The translations under genes and the position numbers were made by a program. The notes beneath the pieces are model-generated. The model had not been told where the DNA came from, made no database searches, and saw only the letters and a program-made list of their open reading frames with translations. DNA of 64,000 bases. It comes from an uncultured Acidobacteriota bacterium (GTDB lineage: Bacteria; Acidobacteriota; Vicinamibacteria; Vicinamibacterales; CAVVIG01). Positions 1 to 9,650 of the stretch are shown piece after piece. The DNA lies in assembly GCA_963825245.1 (NCBI GenBank), contig CAWGSJ010000013.1:226537-290536 (forward strand), in the 5' to 3' direction. Positions within the stretch are counted from its first letter, which is position 1; every line of letters begins with the position of its first letter.

Positions 1-118
1 CGGGGCGGCGGTCCACTTCATCGAAGAGGCGCGCTTCAACCGATCGCTCCTGCTCGATCTGGTCGCACGTCCCGCAGTTGCCCGCACCGACGCGGCGCGC
101 CTGGTCGAGGCGGCGTGA
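1..118 (+). CDS. 3' end of an upstream gene of unknown function (partial; C-terminus ...VHFIEEARFNRSLLLDLVARPAVARTDAARLVEAA)
   Basis: Open frame running off the window start; stop TGA at 116-118 overlaps the next start (TGATG). Confidence 0.4.
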   Translation, partial: GAAVHFIEEARFNRSLLLDLVARPAVARTDAARLVEAA

Positions 119-1281
119 TGAAGGTCGCGATCTTCACCGACAACGACTTCACCAAGGTCAACGGGGTGAGCACCGCCCTGCGGGCTGTCCTCGACCATGC
201 CCCCGCCGACGTCAAGGCGCGGATTTACACGTGTGAGCCTCACCGAGTGGATCGGGCCGACTACCTGGCCATGAAGGGAGTTGGCCTCGGCATCCCGTTC
301 TACCGCGAGATGAAGATGTACGTGCCGCCGGTCCGGCGCCTCGTGCGCCAGGCTGCGGCCGACGACATCGACCTGATTCACCTGACGACGCCGGGGCCGG
401 TCGGGCTCGCGGCGATCTACGTCGCCTCGGCGTTGCGCCTGCCGATGGTCGGCAGTTTCCACACGGATCTCGCCGCGTACGCGCGCATCCTGAGCGGGTC
501 GGCCTGGATCGGACGCCTCATGAGCGAGTACCTGCGCTGGCCGTACGGCAGGTGCGAGCGGATCTTCGTCCCCTCCGAAGCGACGCGCCAGACGCTCATC
601 CGGGGAAAGATCGACCCATCGAAGATCCAGGCCTGGCGGCGCGGCGTATCGACCGAGCAGTTCGCGCCTATGAGACGATCCGAAGCGCTGCGCGAGCGGT
701 GGAACGTGGGACCACGGCGGCTTGCGCTGCTCTATGCCGGACGAGTCTCGAAGGAAAAAGGGCTCGATCTGCTGCGCCCGATCAGCGACCGCTTGCGGCG
801 ATCCGGCATCGACCACCAATTGATCATCGTGGGAGACGGACCGATGCGCCGTGAACTGGCCGCATCCTGCCCGGCTGCCGTGTTCATGGGCACACTTCCA
901 GTTGCGGAGGTGGCCACGGCGATGGCCTCGGCCGACCTCTTCGTGTTTCCCAGCCGGACCGACACGGCGGGCAACGTTGTCCTCGAAGCGCAGGCGAGCG
1001 GCCTGCCCGTGCTCGTCACCGACGAGGGCGGCCCGCAGGAACACATGGTCGACGGCGAGACGGGCCATGTCTGCGCCGACCTGCGAGCCTTCGCGCGACG
1101 GATCACCGAGCTGACGTGGAACGTGGAGCGGCGTGGGCGGCTGGCAGAGCGTGCCAGGGCCTACGCCATCAGCCGGAAGTGGGAACCGTCCCTCGCGCCG
1201 CTCTATGCCGCCTATCGCAGCGTCGGCACCCGCACGGGCATCGCAGGCCGCCTCGATGCGAGGCCGGCGGCGGCGCGGTGA
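115..1281 (+). CDS. Glycosyltransferase family 4 (GT-B fold, two-domain)
   Basis: Intact 388-aa ORF; N-domain plus C-domain motifs (LLYAGRVSKEKGLDLL ... FVFPSRTDTAGNVVLEAQASGLPVL, E-x7-E region). Confidence 0.8.
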   Translation: MMKVAIFTDNDFTKVNGVSTALRAVLDHAPADVKARIYTCEPHRVDRADYLAMKGVGLGIPFYREMKMYVPPVRRLVRQAAADDIDLIHLTTPGPVGLAAIYVASALRLPMVGSFHTDLAAYARILSGSAWIGRLMSEYLRWPYGRCERIFVPSEATRQTLIRGKIDPSKIQAWRRGVSTEQFAPMRRSEALRERWNVGPRRLALLYAGRVSKEKGLDLLRPISDRLRRSGIDHQLIIVGDGPMRRELAASCPAAVFMGTLPVAEVATAMASADLFVFPSRTDTAGNVVLEAQASGLPVLVTDEGGPQEHMVDGETGHVCADLRAFARRITELTWNVERRGRLAERARAYAISRKWEPSLAPLYAAYRSVGTRTGIAGRLDARPAAAR

Positions 1282-1289
1282 TGTAGTGA

Positions 1290-2350
1290 GGAGCCCTCCC
1301 ACATCGCTTCGTGCTGGGCCGCTGGGGACGGATCTGGAACATCCTGCGGACCGAACGCCCCGACGTCGTCGAGATCTGCGACAGGTACTCCCTGTGCTAC
1401 CTCGGTTGCCTCATCCGGCGGCGGTGGTTCGCCGGCGCGCGGCGGCCGGCGCTGGTTGGCTTGTCGTGCGAGCGGATGGACGACAACCTCGCCGCGTTCG
1501 TGAGCGCACGCGGGACGCTGCGTTCTTTCTCCCGCTGGTACATGCGCCACGTCTACGTGCCGCAGTTCGACGGACACGTCGCGGTCTCGTCGTATGCAGC
1601 CGATGAGCTGCGCGTGCGGACCGCGTGAAGTGGACGTCGCGCCGCTCGGTCTCGACGTCGCGACCTTCGAGCGTGCGGAACGGAGCCCGGCAGAGCGGCA
1701 ACGCGTGTTCGGGCAGATCGGAGCGGAACCGGATACCGTGCTGTTGCTCTACGCGGGGCGCCTCAGCCGCGAGAAGAACATTCCCCTCCTCCTCGACACG
1801 CTCGACGCCCTGACACGCGCAGGGCGGCAGCGCTTCAGGCTCGTGTTCGCCGGGGACGGGCCCCTTCGGGCCTGGCTGCTGGAGGAGGCGCTGCGGCGCA
1901 CGCCAGTCCGCATCCATCTCCTCGGTCACGTTGCCGACGCTGGCACGCTGAGCGCCTGCTACGCCAACGCGGACGTCGTGCTGCATCCGAATCCGCGCGA
2001 GCCGTTCGGGATTGCGCCGCTCGAAGCCATGGCGTCGGGAACGCCGCTCGTGGTGCCGACGAGCGGCGGCGTGCGCCAGTACGCAACTGCCGACAACGCC
2101 TGGCTCGCCGAGGCCGAGCCCGCGGCGTTCGCGCAGGCCGTCCGCGACCTCCTCGCGTGCCCGGGCCTCCGCGCGTCGAGAATTGTCAACGGACGGCGCA
2201 CCGCGCACGCGCACGACTGGCAGTCGCGTCACGGCGCGGTATTTCGAGCTGTACGACGACATCTACGCCCGCTCGGCCGCGATGCGGCCGATCACCGAGC
2301 CGCGCGCCGCACGCTTTCGCCGCCGCCTTCAACCGGCGAGCCGTTGACGT
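1290..2350 (+). pseudogene. GT4 glycosyltransferase-like gene, N-terminally truncated, with at least 2 frameshifts
   Basis: GT4 N-domain fragment (RPDVVEICDRY) in frame 0 from 1311; C-domain (LLYAGRLSREKNIPLLLD ... PNPREPFGIAPLEAMASGTPLV) in frame 1 from about 1620; C-terminus (ARYFELYDDIYA) in a third frame ending at 2347. The first ~80 aa of a typical GT4 are absent. Confidence 0.55.
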
Positions 2351-3096
2351 CCGACTCCCGCCCGTACGTCGAGATGCTCGCGGTCGGCCGGGCGATGCCG
2401 GAGAATCTCCGACCAGAAGTTGCGGATGTAGAGGCCAAAGACCTTCGATTTCCCCATCACGTGGTAGCGGCGGGCCGACGTCCACACCCAGCATTCGGGC
2501 GCGAGCTCGACGGCACCAAGCGGCGTGAGCCGGCGCCCGAGGTTCGTATCCTCGCCGTGGAACTCGATCGACACATCGAATCCGCCGATCCGCTGGAGGG
2601 CGTGCGCCCGGGCGGCGAAGTTGCCGCCGTACAGGATCGCGCCCGCACCGAACGCGTAGTGCACGAGGAAGTGGGTCGGCGGGGCGACGATCCAGTCGTA
2701 GGCCCGAATGAGGAGTCGTCCGGTCAGGTCCCAATCGTAGAAGCGGTAGGGGCCTGAAACCGCGACGACCGCCGGCCGGCGCAGGAAGCGCCGCTCGAGC
2801 CGTTCGAGCCATTGCAGCGGGACACGGCAATCCGCGTCCACGTACGCCAGGACGTCGCCCGCGGCGACGCGGCGCGCGGTTTCGCGCGCGGCCACCAGCC
2901 CTCTGATCGGCTCGTCCACCACGCGAACCCCCGGGACGGCGCGCGCCACGGCGGCCGTCTGATCGGTGCTGGCATTGTTGACAACGATGATCTCGTCAGC
3001 GGGACGGGTCTGTGACAGGAGCGAGTGCAGGCAAGCGGAAAGGAATGGGGCCTCGTTGAACGCGCAGACGATCGCGGTGATCGTCGGCCGCCTCAT
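2329..3096 (-). CDS. Glycosyltransferase family 2
   Basis: Intact 255-aa ORF; TAIVCAFNEAPFLSACLHSLLSQT ... VDADC are GT2 signatures (DxD region). Confidence 0.8.
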   Translation of the reverse strand: MRRPTITAIVCAFNEAPFLSACLHSLLSQTRPADEIIVVNNASTDQTAAVARAVPGVRVVDEPIRGLVAARETARRVAAGDVLAYVDADCRVPLQWLERLERRFLRRPAVVAVSGPYRFYDWDLTGRLLIRAYDWIVAPPTHFLVHYAFGAGAILYGGNFAARAHALQRIGGFDVSIEFHGEDTNLGRRLTPLGAVELAPECWVWTSARRYHVMGKSKVFGLYIRNFWSEILRHRPADREHLDVRAGVGRQRLAG

Positions 3097-3142
3097 CCAG
3101 CGGTTGGTCCATCCACGTCGCGACCAACACTAGCCGATCGAC

Positions 3143-3172
3143 GTGACCGTCCGGTCACGACCGTATGACGGC
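3143..3172 (-). promoter_or_regulatory. PHO-box-like direct repeats upstream of the GT2 gene (read on minus strand: GCCGTCATacgGTCGTGACcggACGGTCAC)
   Basis: Three 8-mers at 11-bp phasing about 50-75 nt upstream of the GT2 start; the first 8-mer matches motif copies at 4179, 10691, 12293 and 21514. Confidence 0.35.
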
Positions 3173-3251
3173 CGTGTCACATCTGGTCGTGGATCGGTAG
3201 CAACGCGTCGTTACGACCAACCCGCACAATGACACCGGAGGACCATCCCGG

Positions 3252-3710
3252 ATGCCGGTGACCATCGCGATGTCGCGCGCAAGCGCATCGCCCTCATCGC
3301 ACACGACAACCGCAAGGACGACCTGCTCGACTGGGCGCGCTACAACCGCGGGACGCTGAGCGGCCACGAGCTCTACGCCACCGGGACCACCGGCGTGCGC
3401 CTCGCGACCGAGCTGCACCTGCCGGTGATCACGTTTCTGAGCGGTCCGCTCGGCGGCGATCAGCAGGTCGGCGCCGCGATCGCGGAAGGGCGACTCGACT
3501 TCGTGATCTTCTTCTGGGATCCCGCTCGAGCCGCACCCGCACGACGTCGACGTCAAGGCGTTGCTCCGCATCGCCGTGGTCTACAACGTGCCGATCGCGT
3601 GCAATCGCGCGACAGCCGACTTCCTGCTGTCGTCGCCGTTGATGGAGCGCAGCTACGAACGGCGCCTCGTGGAACGGCCGGACGTGGTGTCCGGCATGCC
3701 GATCGGTTAG
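3252..3710 (+). CDS. mgsA: Methylglyoxal synthase (about 2 frameshifts in this assembly)
   Basis: [22 protein letters not shown] ... LYATGTTG ... [29 protein letters not shown] matches the MgsA catalytic region; C-terminal part ([34 protein letters not shown]) is in another frame after a C-homopolymer near 3527. Confidence 0.8.
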
Positions 3711-3712
3711 GT

Positions 3713-4110
3713 TCAGGACGTCTTCTTGAGCGGCTCGAGCAGGATGAACCAGCTCTCGCAGTCGGTTCGCGAACCGCCGCCGAGCGTCACGGTGAAGGCG
3801 AGGTTCAGCGACGCCACCTCCCACCGCTGCGTCGCGCGCGTCCCCTGGAGGATGACGCGGTACGGCTTCAGGAGGTTGTCGGCCGAGTCGTGATCGCGAT
3901 GCGCGTCCTGCACGCCTGGAAAGACGGCGAACTCACGGCGCGGCCCAGATGGACCTCGAACTGTCCGACGCCGTTGACGACGTGATCGTAGACCCGCTCG
4001 CCGTAGCGGCCGGTCGCCGGTTCCTGGCACGACTGCCAGTTGCCTTCCAGGATGTTCTGCAGCTGGCTCGACGTCGAGCTGGAAGCGCGATTCCGGCGTC
4101 TGGGCGGACG
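3713..4110 (-). CDS. Hypothetical protein (frameshifted; family not recognised)
   Basis: Protein-like sequence split over two minus-strand frames (...QLQNILEGNWQSCQEPATGRYGERVYDHVVNGVGQFEVHLGRA / EFAVFPGVQDAHRDHDSADNLLKPYRVILQGTRATQRWEVASLNLAFTVTLGGG...); no start codon found in the N-terminal frame. Confidence 0.35.
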
Positions 4111-4178
4111 CTCTCGAACGCGGCTACCCCAGCAGCCGACAGAGGCCGATCACGAAACTGATGGATGGCCGCACGGGT

Positions 4179-4186
4179 ATGACGGC
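4179..4186 (-). promoter_or_regulatory. PHO-box-like half-site GCCGTCAT (minus orientation), upstream of the 3713-4110 gene
   Basis: ttctGCCGTCATAC on the minus strand; 11/12 identical to the copy upstream of the GT2 gene. Confidence 0.3.
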
Positions 4187-4378
4187 AGAATAACCCGGCT
4201 CGGGCCCGGTGTAACCCACATTTAACAGCTTCGATACGGAAGCGAAACGTCCGCCGGATACTGTCGACTGTAGAGCGCCACGACGGAGGTCACGGACAGT
4301 GGCGACAGCGACGCCCGGCATCCGGGAGTGATCGCCTCGCCGACACAGCTTCCGTGCCCTCCGCCGTGGCGCTCGTTC

Positions 4379-5070
4379 CATATGCCCAGGCACCGTGTTC
4401 TCATCGTCGAGGACGAGCACGACATCGCCGGACTGATCAAGCACACGCTCGAGCGTACCGGCGAGGCCGAGGCGCACATCGTCGGCACGGGTGACGATGC
4501 GCTGAAGGCGGTCGCGGCGCGCCGCCCGACCTGATGATCCTCGACCTCAACCTGCCGGTGTTGAGCGGCCTCGAGGTCTGCCGCATCCTGCGCGGACGCC
4601 CCGAGGGACGGCACCTGCCGATCATCATGCTGACGGCGCGCACCAGCGAGAACGACCGCGTCAGCGGCCTGGATCTCGGGGCGGACGATTACGTCACCAA
4701 GCCCTTCAGCCTGCGGGAACTGACGTCGCGCGTCCGCGCCGTGCTGCGACGCAGCGGCCGCCCCGACGAAGCGGCCGCCGATCAATTACCGCGGCGATCG
4801 CCTGACCGCCGATTTCGACGCCGTCGCCGTCGCCGTCGACGGCGATCAGATACGGCTCACGCGCCGCGAGTTCGAGCTGCTCCGCTACCTCGTCATGAAC
4901 AAGAACCGGGTCGTGTCACGCGACCGGCTGCTCGAGCGGGTCTGGGGTTACGATCGGCAGGTGGAAACGCGATCCGTTGACGTGCACGTCGGCCGCCTGC
5001 GGAGCAAGCTCGGCACGGCGGGCCGGCAGATCGAGACCGTCGTCGGCCTCGGCTATCGTTTCATCGACTG
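4379..5070 (+). CDS. OmpR/PhoB-family response regulator (REC plus winged-helix domains); 2 frameshifts
   Basis: [15 protein letters not shown] ... [17 protein letters not shown] ... [44 protein letters not shown] closely parallels E. coli PhoB; winged-helix C-terminus ([31 protein letters not shown] ... GLGYRFID) is in another frame. Confidence 0.8.
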
Positions 5071-5283
5071 AGTTTCGATCACCCGCCAGCCGGATTCCTG
5101 CAGCTGCAACGTTTCACGGGCGAACAGCGCGAGCGCGCGCTCCACCCGGTGCCAGTCCTGATAGTGGTCGAGCCGCTGGAGCTTCGAGTCCTCCTCGAGC
5201 CGTATTTCCCAGCCCAGCCCCCCGGTCCGGACTATGGAATATCGACGTTCGTGATTGGCCTGGCGCAGCGTGAGGGCGAACAT
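5053..5283 (-). CDS. Hypothetical small protein (77 aa)
   Basis: GGGAG ribosome-binding site 5 nt upstream of the ATG at 5283; non-repetitive sequence MFALTLRQANHERRYSIVRTGGLGWEIRLEEDSKLQRLDHYQDWHRVERALALFARETLQLQESGWRVIE. Confidence 0.45.
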   Translation of the reverse strand: MFALTLRQANHERRYSIVRTGGLGWEIRLEEDSKLQRLDHYQDWHRVERALALFARETLQLQESGWRVIETQSMKR

Positions 5284-5384
5284 GGAGGCTCCCAAAGAGA
5301 AGCCGGAATCTTGCACCCCGCCGCGGCCCGGACGAAGTAAATTCTTTGTAACACGCAGCCAGCTCGACACGACTCGATGGAGGA

Positions 5385-5826
5385 TTGGCCATGCCAACGG
5401 CCCAGAGTTTCCGGAATCACGCCCGAATCGTCCCGGCGTACCACGTCGGCGTGTTCGTTCCCTTCCTGGCGAACTTCATTTGGGCAACCTACCGATTGAT
5501 CGGCATGTTCAGCGGCGAAACGTTTATTGCGTTCCTGGTGTCGATCGCGCTGCTGCTGATGTTCTTCTCGCTGCGCGTGCAGGTGCTGACCGTCCAGGAT
5601 CGGGTGATCCGGCTCGAGATGCGCCTGCGGCTGCGCAACGCGCTGCCGCCCGACCTGCAGGACGCAGATCAGCGGCGTGTCGCACAAACAGCTCGTGGCG
5701 CTGCGGTTCGCAAGCGACGCTGAGCTGCCCGCTCTCGTGCGCGAGGTGCTCGCGGGAACGCTCAAGACACAGAAAGAAATCAAGGCTCGCGTGCGTGAGT
5801 GGCAGGCGGACTATCTCCGAGCGTGA
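5385..5826 (+). CDS. Hypothetical membrane protein (2 predicted TM helices); 1 frameshift
   Basis: GGAGG RBS 7 nt upstream of the ATG at 5385; hydrophobic segments VGVFVPFLANFIWATY and FIAFLVSIALLLMFFSL; C-terminus continues in another frame to the TGA at 5826. Confidence 0.5.
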
Positions 5827-5885
5827 CTCGGGGACTCGAGCTTGCCGCGCCGAAGCTCGATGCAATGTCAGGGAGCGAAGGCGGA

Positions 5886-5908
5886 GCGGACCTGAAGGTC
5901 CGCCCTAC
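5886..5908. repeat. REP-like hairpin GCGGACC-TGAA-GGTCCGC plus CTAC tail
   Basis: 7-bp GC stem with TGAA loop; the CTA of the tail is the stop codon of the minus-strand gene. Same architecture as copies at 47618, 53222, 53261 and 54336. Confidence 0.6.
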
Positions 5909-7387
5909 TTGCGAAGGCTGCGGAGGATCTTCGGCGTGATGAACCACCGCAGCGCGCCCGGGCCGGCGGGAGGCAGCGTGTCGAAATCGATCCGGCAGAC
6001 CGCGCCCTTCTTGAACTCGAGAGGGTGGCGCGATCCGATCAGCCGCGCGCCGAGCTCGCCGATGCCGGGCTCGTGACCGACGAGCGCAATGCGCGAGCGG
6101 CGCGACTGTTTTTCGAGATCGGCCAGGACGGCCTGATAGGTGCCACCCGGCGACAGCGACTCGATGACGACGATCGGCGGACGTGGCTCGAACGTGCTGG
6201 CCACGGCATCGGCCGTTTGGCGCGCACGTATCAACGGGCTGGTGAGCACGACGTCGAAAGCCACGCCGAGCCGCAGCGAGTCCGCGGGCCTCCTTTCGAA
6301 GGCGCGCGATGCCGCGCTCGGTCAGCGGCCGCTTCGAGTCGTCGGGCCACGCGTCGCCGCGTTCCTCCGCGATCCCGTGCCGAATCAGGTACAGCTCGTA
6401 GCCGGCCGGCATCGCCTTATCCGGCGCGCCGGGACGCTGACTGGTCTTCGTGGGAACGCTGCGGCGGGTCAGCGCCGCCTCCGCGGTAGCGCTTCGGCGC
6501 GCCAAGCGGTCGCAAATGTCGATGAGCGTTTGCCGCTCACGGACGTAGCGCGCGTGCAGGCGCCGGCAGCTCTCCTCGAGCGACATCAGCACCGTGTCGA
6601 GGTCGCGCCACATCGACACGCTTGGCGGCGTCAGCGAAGCCTGCACGCCCCGGACATGATCGATGAGAATCTGGTGATCGTGCAGCCGGCCGAGCACCTC
6701 TTGCATCCGTTTCAACGTGCGCAGCTCCTTCGTGCTCTTCAGGCCGCGCGCCTCGACGTCGAGCTCGAGGCCGTAGCGCAGCTTCTTGAGCGCGATCCGC
6801 GCCGCGTGCAGCCGCTCGGCCAGGTAGACCGCTCCGGCCGTGTCGATGGCGTGCCGCAGCGCGAGCGCCCGCCGGCTGACACGCGCGTCGAGCGCCCAGC
6901 GCCAGGCGCGGCGCGTCTGGGCATCCTCCGGGCCCTCGAGCTTGCGGACGGCACGGTCGAGCTTGCGCACGATTCGACGGAAGGCGGCCGCCGTCTGCTT
7001 GGCGGGCATTTCCGCGCGTGCCTCGTCCCGCGTGGCGCGCGCCGCCTCGCGAACCAGCCGCAGCGCGGGCTCGGCGAAACGGCCAGATTCGTGCAGCTCG
7101 GCTATCAGGAGCAACATGACGTCCGCCTCGCGGACGCGCCCAAGCCGCCTCGTCACCTTACGCAGCTGGTGTGACAGCTTTGTGACGGACCCGCCGTCCA
7201 GCTGCAGCACGGGCAGCAGCTCCCGGAGCCTTCGCGTAGAGACGCGAGTCCGGTGAACGGCTCGTTGATCGCGGGTTTCAACGCCTGGCATCGCGCGGGA
7301 GAAACGCTCGAGGCGGGCGCGCAACAGAACGTAACGACTCGGTAACACCGACATGCTTAAGATGGGCGAAACGGAAATTATAGTCAA
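5905..7387 (-). CDS. CHAD-domain protein continuous in frame with a SixA-like phosphohistidine phosphatase (1 frameshift inside the SixA part)
   Basis: N-terminal ~320 aa have CHAD features (VHRTRVSTRRLRELLPVL ... AARIALKKLRYGLEL ... RMQEVLGRLHDHQ); then YELYLIRHGIAEERGD ... VVLTSPLIRARQTAD ... ALVGHEPGIGEL is a histidine-phosphatase (SixA) domain. No stop separates the two parts in this assembly. Confidence 0.6.
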
Positions 7388-7408
7388 TTCGCGTTAAGCT
7401 CATCCAGT

Positions 7409-8958
7409 ATGCGCCTTGCGGCCATCGACATCGGCACTAACTCGCTGCACATGATCGTCGTCCGGGTGCGGCCGGATCTTTCCTTCGAAGTGATCGACCG
7501 GGAGAAGGAAATGGTCAGGCTGGGGGCCGGCGGCCTCGACGGCCGCGCGCTCACGCCCGAGGCGATGCAGGCCGCGCTCCAGGTCCTGTCCAAGTTCCGA
7601 CGGTTGGCAGAATCGCACACGGTTGACCACATTGTCGCGGTCGCGACCAGTGCCGTGCGCGAAGCCGAAAACGGCGGCGAGTTCCTGAAGACGGTCGTCG
7701 CGGAGACGGGGATTCGGCCGCGGGTGATATCCGGCACCGAAGAAGCGCGCCTCATCCACATGGCGGCGGCATACGGCGTCGGTGCGGCCGGCGAGGTCCT
7801 GGTGGTGATCGACATCGGCGGTGGCAGCGTCGAGATCACGCGCGGCGCGGGGCCGGCGATGGAAAGCGGGCGCAGCTTCAAGCTGGGCGTGATCAGGCTT
7901 ACCGAGCGCTTCGTCAAGTCGGATCCGATGTCGCCGCGCGAAGAGCGGAAGCTGGTGCGGCATATCGACGCCGACGTCGACGAGCACATCCAGCGCATCA
8001 AGCGCGCCGGGTTCGATCGCGTCGTCGGCACGTCAGGAACGATCCTGAGCCTCGGGGCGATCGCCGCCGGACACCACAGCCGCGGCGGGGTCGCCACGCT
8101 GCGCAACCGCCGCGTCGCGGCCAAGCAGGTGCACCGGGTGCGCCGAACGATGACGTCGATCGGCCTCGAGAAACGCGTGCGCGTGCCGGGACTGGAGCCG
8201 CGGCGCGCCGACCTCTCGCCTGCCGGCGCGGTGCTGCTCGACACGCTGCTGCGCCGTCTCGGGGCCGAAGAGCTCACACTCTGCGACCTGTCGCTGCGTG
8301 AAGGCGTCGTCCTCGATTACATCGCGCGGCACCGGAAGGAAATCGCGCAGGCCGATCGGTATCCGGACGTTCGCCGGCGCAGCATCATCGAGCTCGCCGA
8401 GCGGTGCAGCTACTGGCCGGAGCATGCCCAGCAGATTGCGCGGCTGTCGACGACGCTGTTCGATCAGACGCGGGCGATCCACGGCCTCACCGACAAGGAC
8501 CGCGAGTGGCTGGAGTACGCGGCGATCCTGCACGACGTCGGCGTGCACATCAGCTACGAACGCCACCACAAGCACTCCGAGTACCTGATTCGCAATGGCG
8601 ACCTGCGCGGCTTCGAGCCCGAGGAAATCGAAACCATCGCGCTGGTCGCCCGCTATCATCGCCGCGCCACTCCCAAGAAGCGGCATTCCGTGCTGCGCGG
8701 GTTCTCCGGCCGGCGCCGCCGCACCATCCGGACGCTGGCGGCGATCCTGAGGCTCGCGGAAAGCCTCGATCGCAGCCATGCCCAGACGATCAGCGGCGTC
8801 GAACTGCACGACCGCGGCGAGGACGCGCTGCTGCAGCTGCGGACCAAGAGCGACGCCGAGCTCGAGTTGTGGGCGGCCAACCGGCATGCCGTCCCGTTCG
8901 AGCGACTCATTGGCAAACCCCTTCGTGTCGAGGTGAGCAGGACGACCGCGTATGTTGA
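7409..8958 (+). CDS. ppx: Exopolyphosphatase / guanosine pentaphosphate phosphohydrolase (Ppx/GppA) with HD domain
   Basis: MRLAAIDIGTNSLHMIV, DIGGGS and the HD region (LHDVGVHISYERHHKHSEY) are Ppx/GppA hallmarks. The ORF as assembled runs on to 9199 over the next gene, so the true stop is probably near 8934-8958 (an indel is suspected). Confidence 0.8.
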
Positions 8959-9650
8959 ACAACCTGACAAAGCCGCACGAGCACCCCGGGAAACTGTTCG
9001 TCGTCGAAGGAATCGACGGGTCGGGAAAGACCACCCAGCTGGGACTCCTCGCGAAGTGGCTGAGCGCCGAAGGCCACCGGGTGTTCGTCACGGAATGGAA
9101 CTCGTCCGCGCTGGTCAAGGCGGCGACGAAGACCGGCAAGAAAAAGAACGCGCTGACACCGATGACGTTCAGCCTGCTGCACGCCACGGACTTCGCTGAT
9201 CGGCTGCTGTACAAGATCATCCCGCCGCTCAAGGCAGGCATGATCGTGCTGGCGGATCGTTATACCTATACGGCGTTCGCCCGCGACGTGACCCGCGGCG
9301 TCGACCGGCAGTGGGTCCGCGACCTGTACAGCTTCGCGGTGCGGCCCGACCTGGCGCTCTACTTCCGCGTGCCGATCGACGTGTCGCTGGATCGCCTGAT
9401 GGCGCGCCGCGTCAAGCTCAAGTTCTACGAAGCCGGCATGGATCTCGGCTGGAGCACGAACCCGATCGAGAGCTTCCGGCTCTTCCAGGGCAAGGTGCTC
9501 GAGGAGTACGATCGCATCGTCGACGAGTTCGACCTGGAGGTCGTCGACGCGGTCGGCAGCATCACCGAGCAGCAGCGCTACGTTCGCGGCCTGATCGCGC
9601 CGCGGCTGGCCATGGCCAACGAGGAGATCCACGATGAGCAACCCGTCTGA
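8952..9650 (+). CDS. Thymidylate-kinase-family P-loop kinase, divergent from canonical Tmk
   Basis: LFVVEGIDGSGKTTQ P-loop and ADRYTYTAFAR (DRY motif); AGGACG RBS upstream. The canonical dTMP-binding REPGG is replaced by TEWNSS. Confidence 0.65.
   Translation: MLNNLTKPHEHPGKLFVVEGIDGSGKTTQLGLLAKWLSAEGHRVFVTEWNSSALVKAATKTGKKKNALTPMTFSLLHATDFADRLLYKIIPPLKAGMIVLADRYTYTAFARDVTRGVDRQWVRDLYSFAVRPDLALYFRVPIDVSLDRLMARRVKLKFYEAGMDLGWSTNPIESFRLFQGKVLEEYDRIVDEFDLEVVDAVGSITEQQRYVRGLIAPRLAMANEEIHDEQPV

Noticed and set aside
5780-7387. Treating the whole 535-aa ORF as one protein in the listed frame
   Set aside because: The listed frame leaves the SixA homology after ~GLAA (Arg-rich tail). The true SixA C-terminus is in the adjacent frame (5905-6264), so the feature is reported as CHAD plus SixA with one frameshift.
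8033-9241. 402-aa minus-strand ORF
   Set aside because: It is antisense to ppx and the tmk-like gene and has no recognisable motifs.
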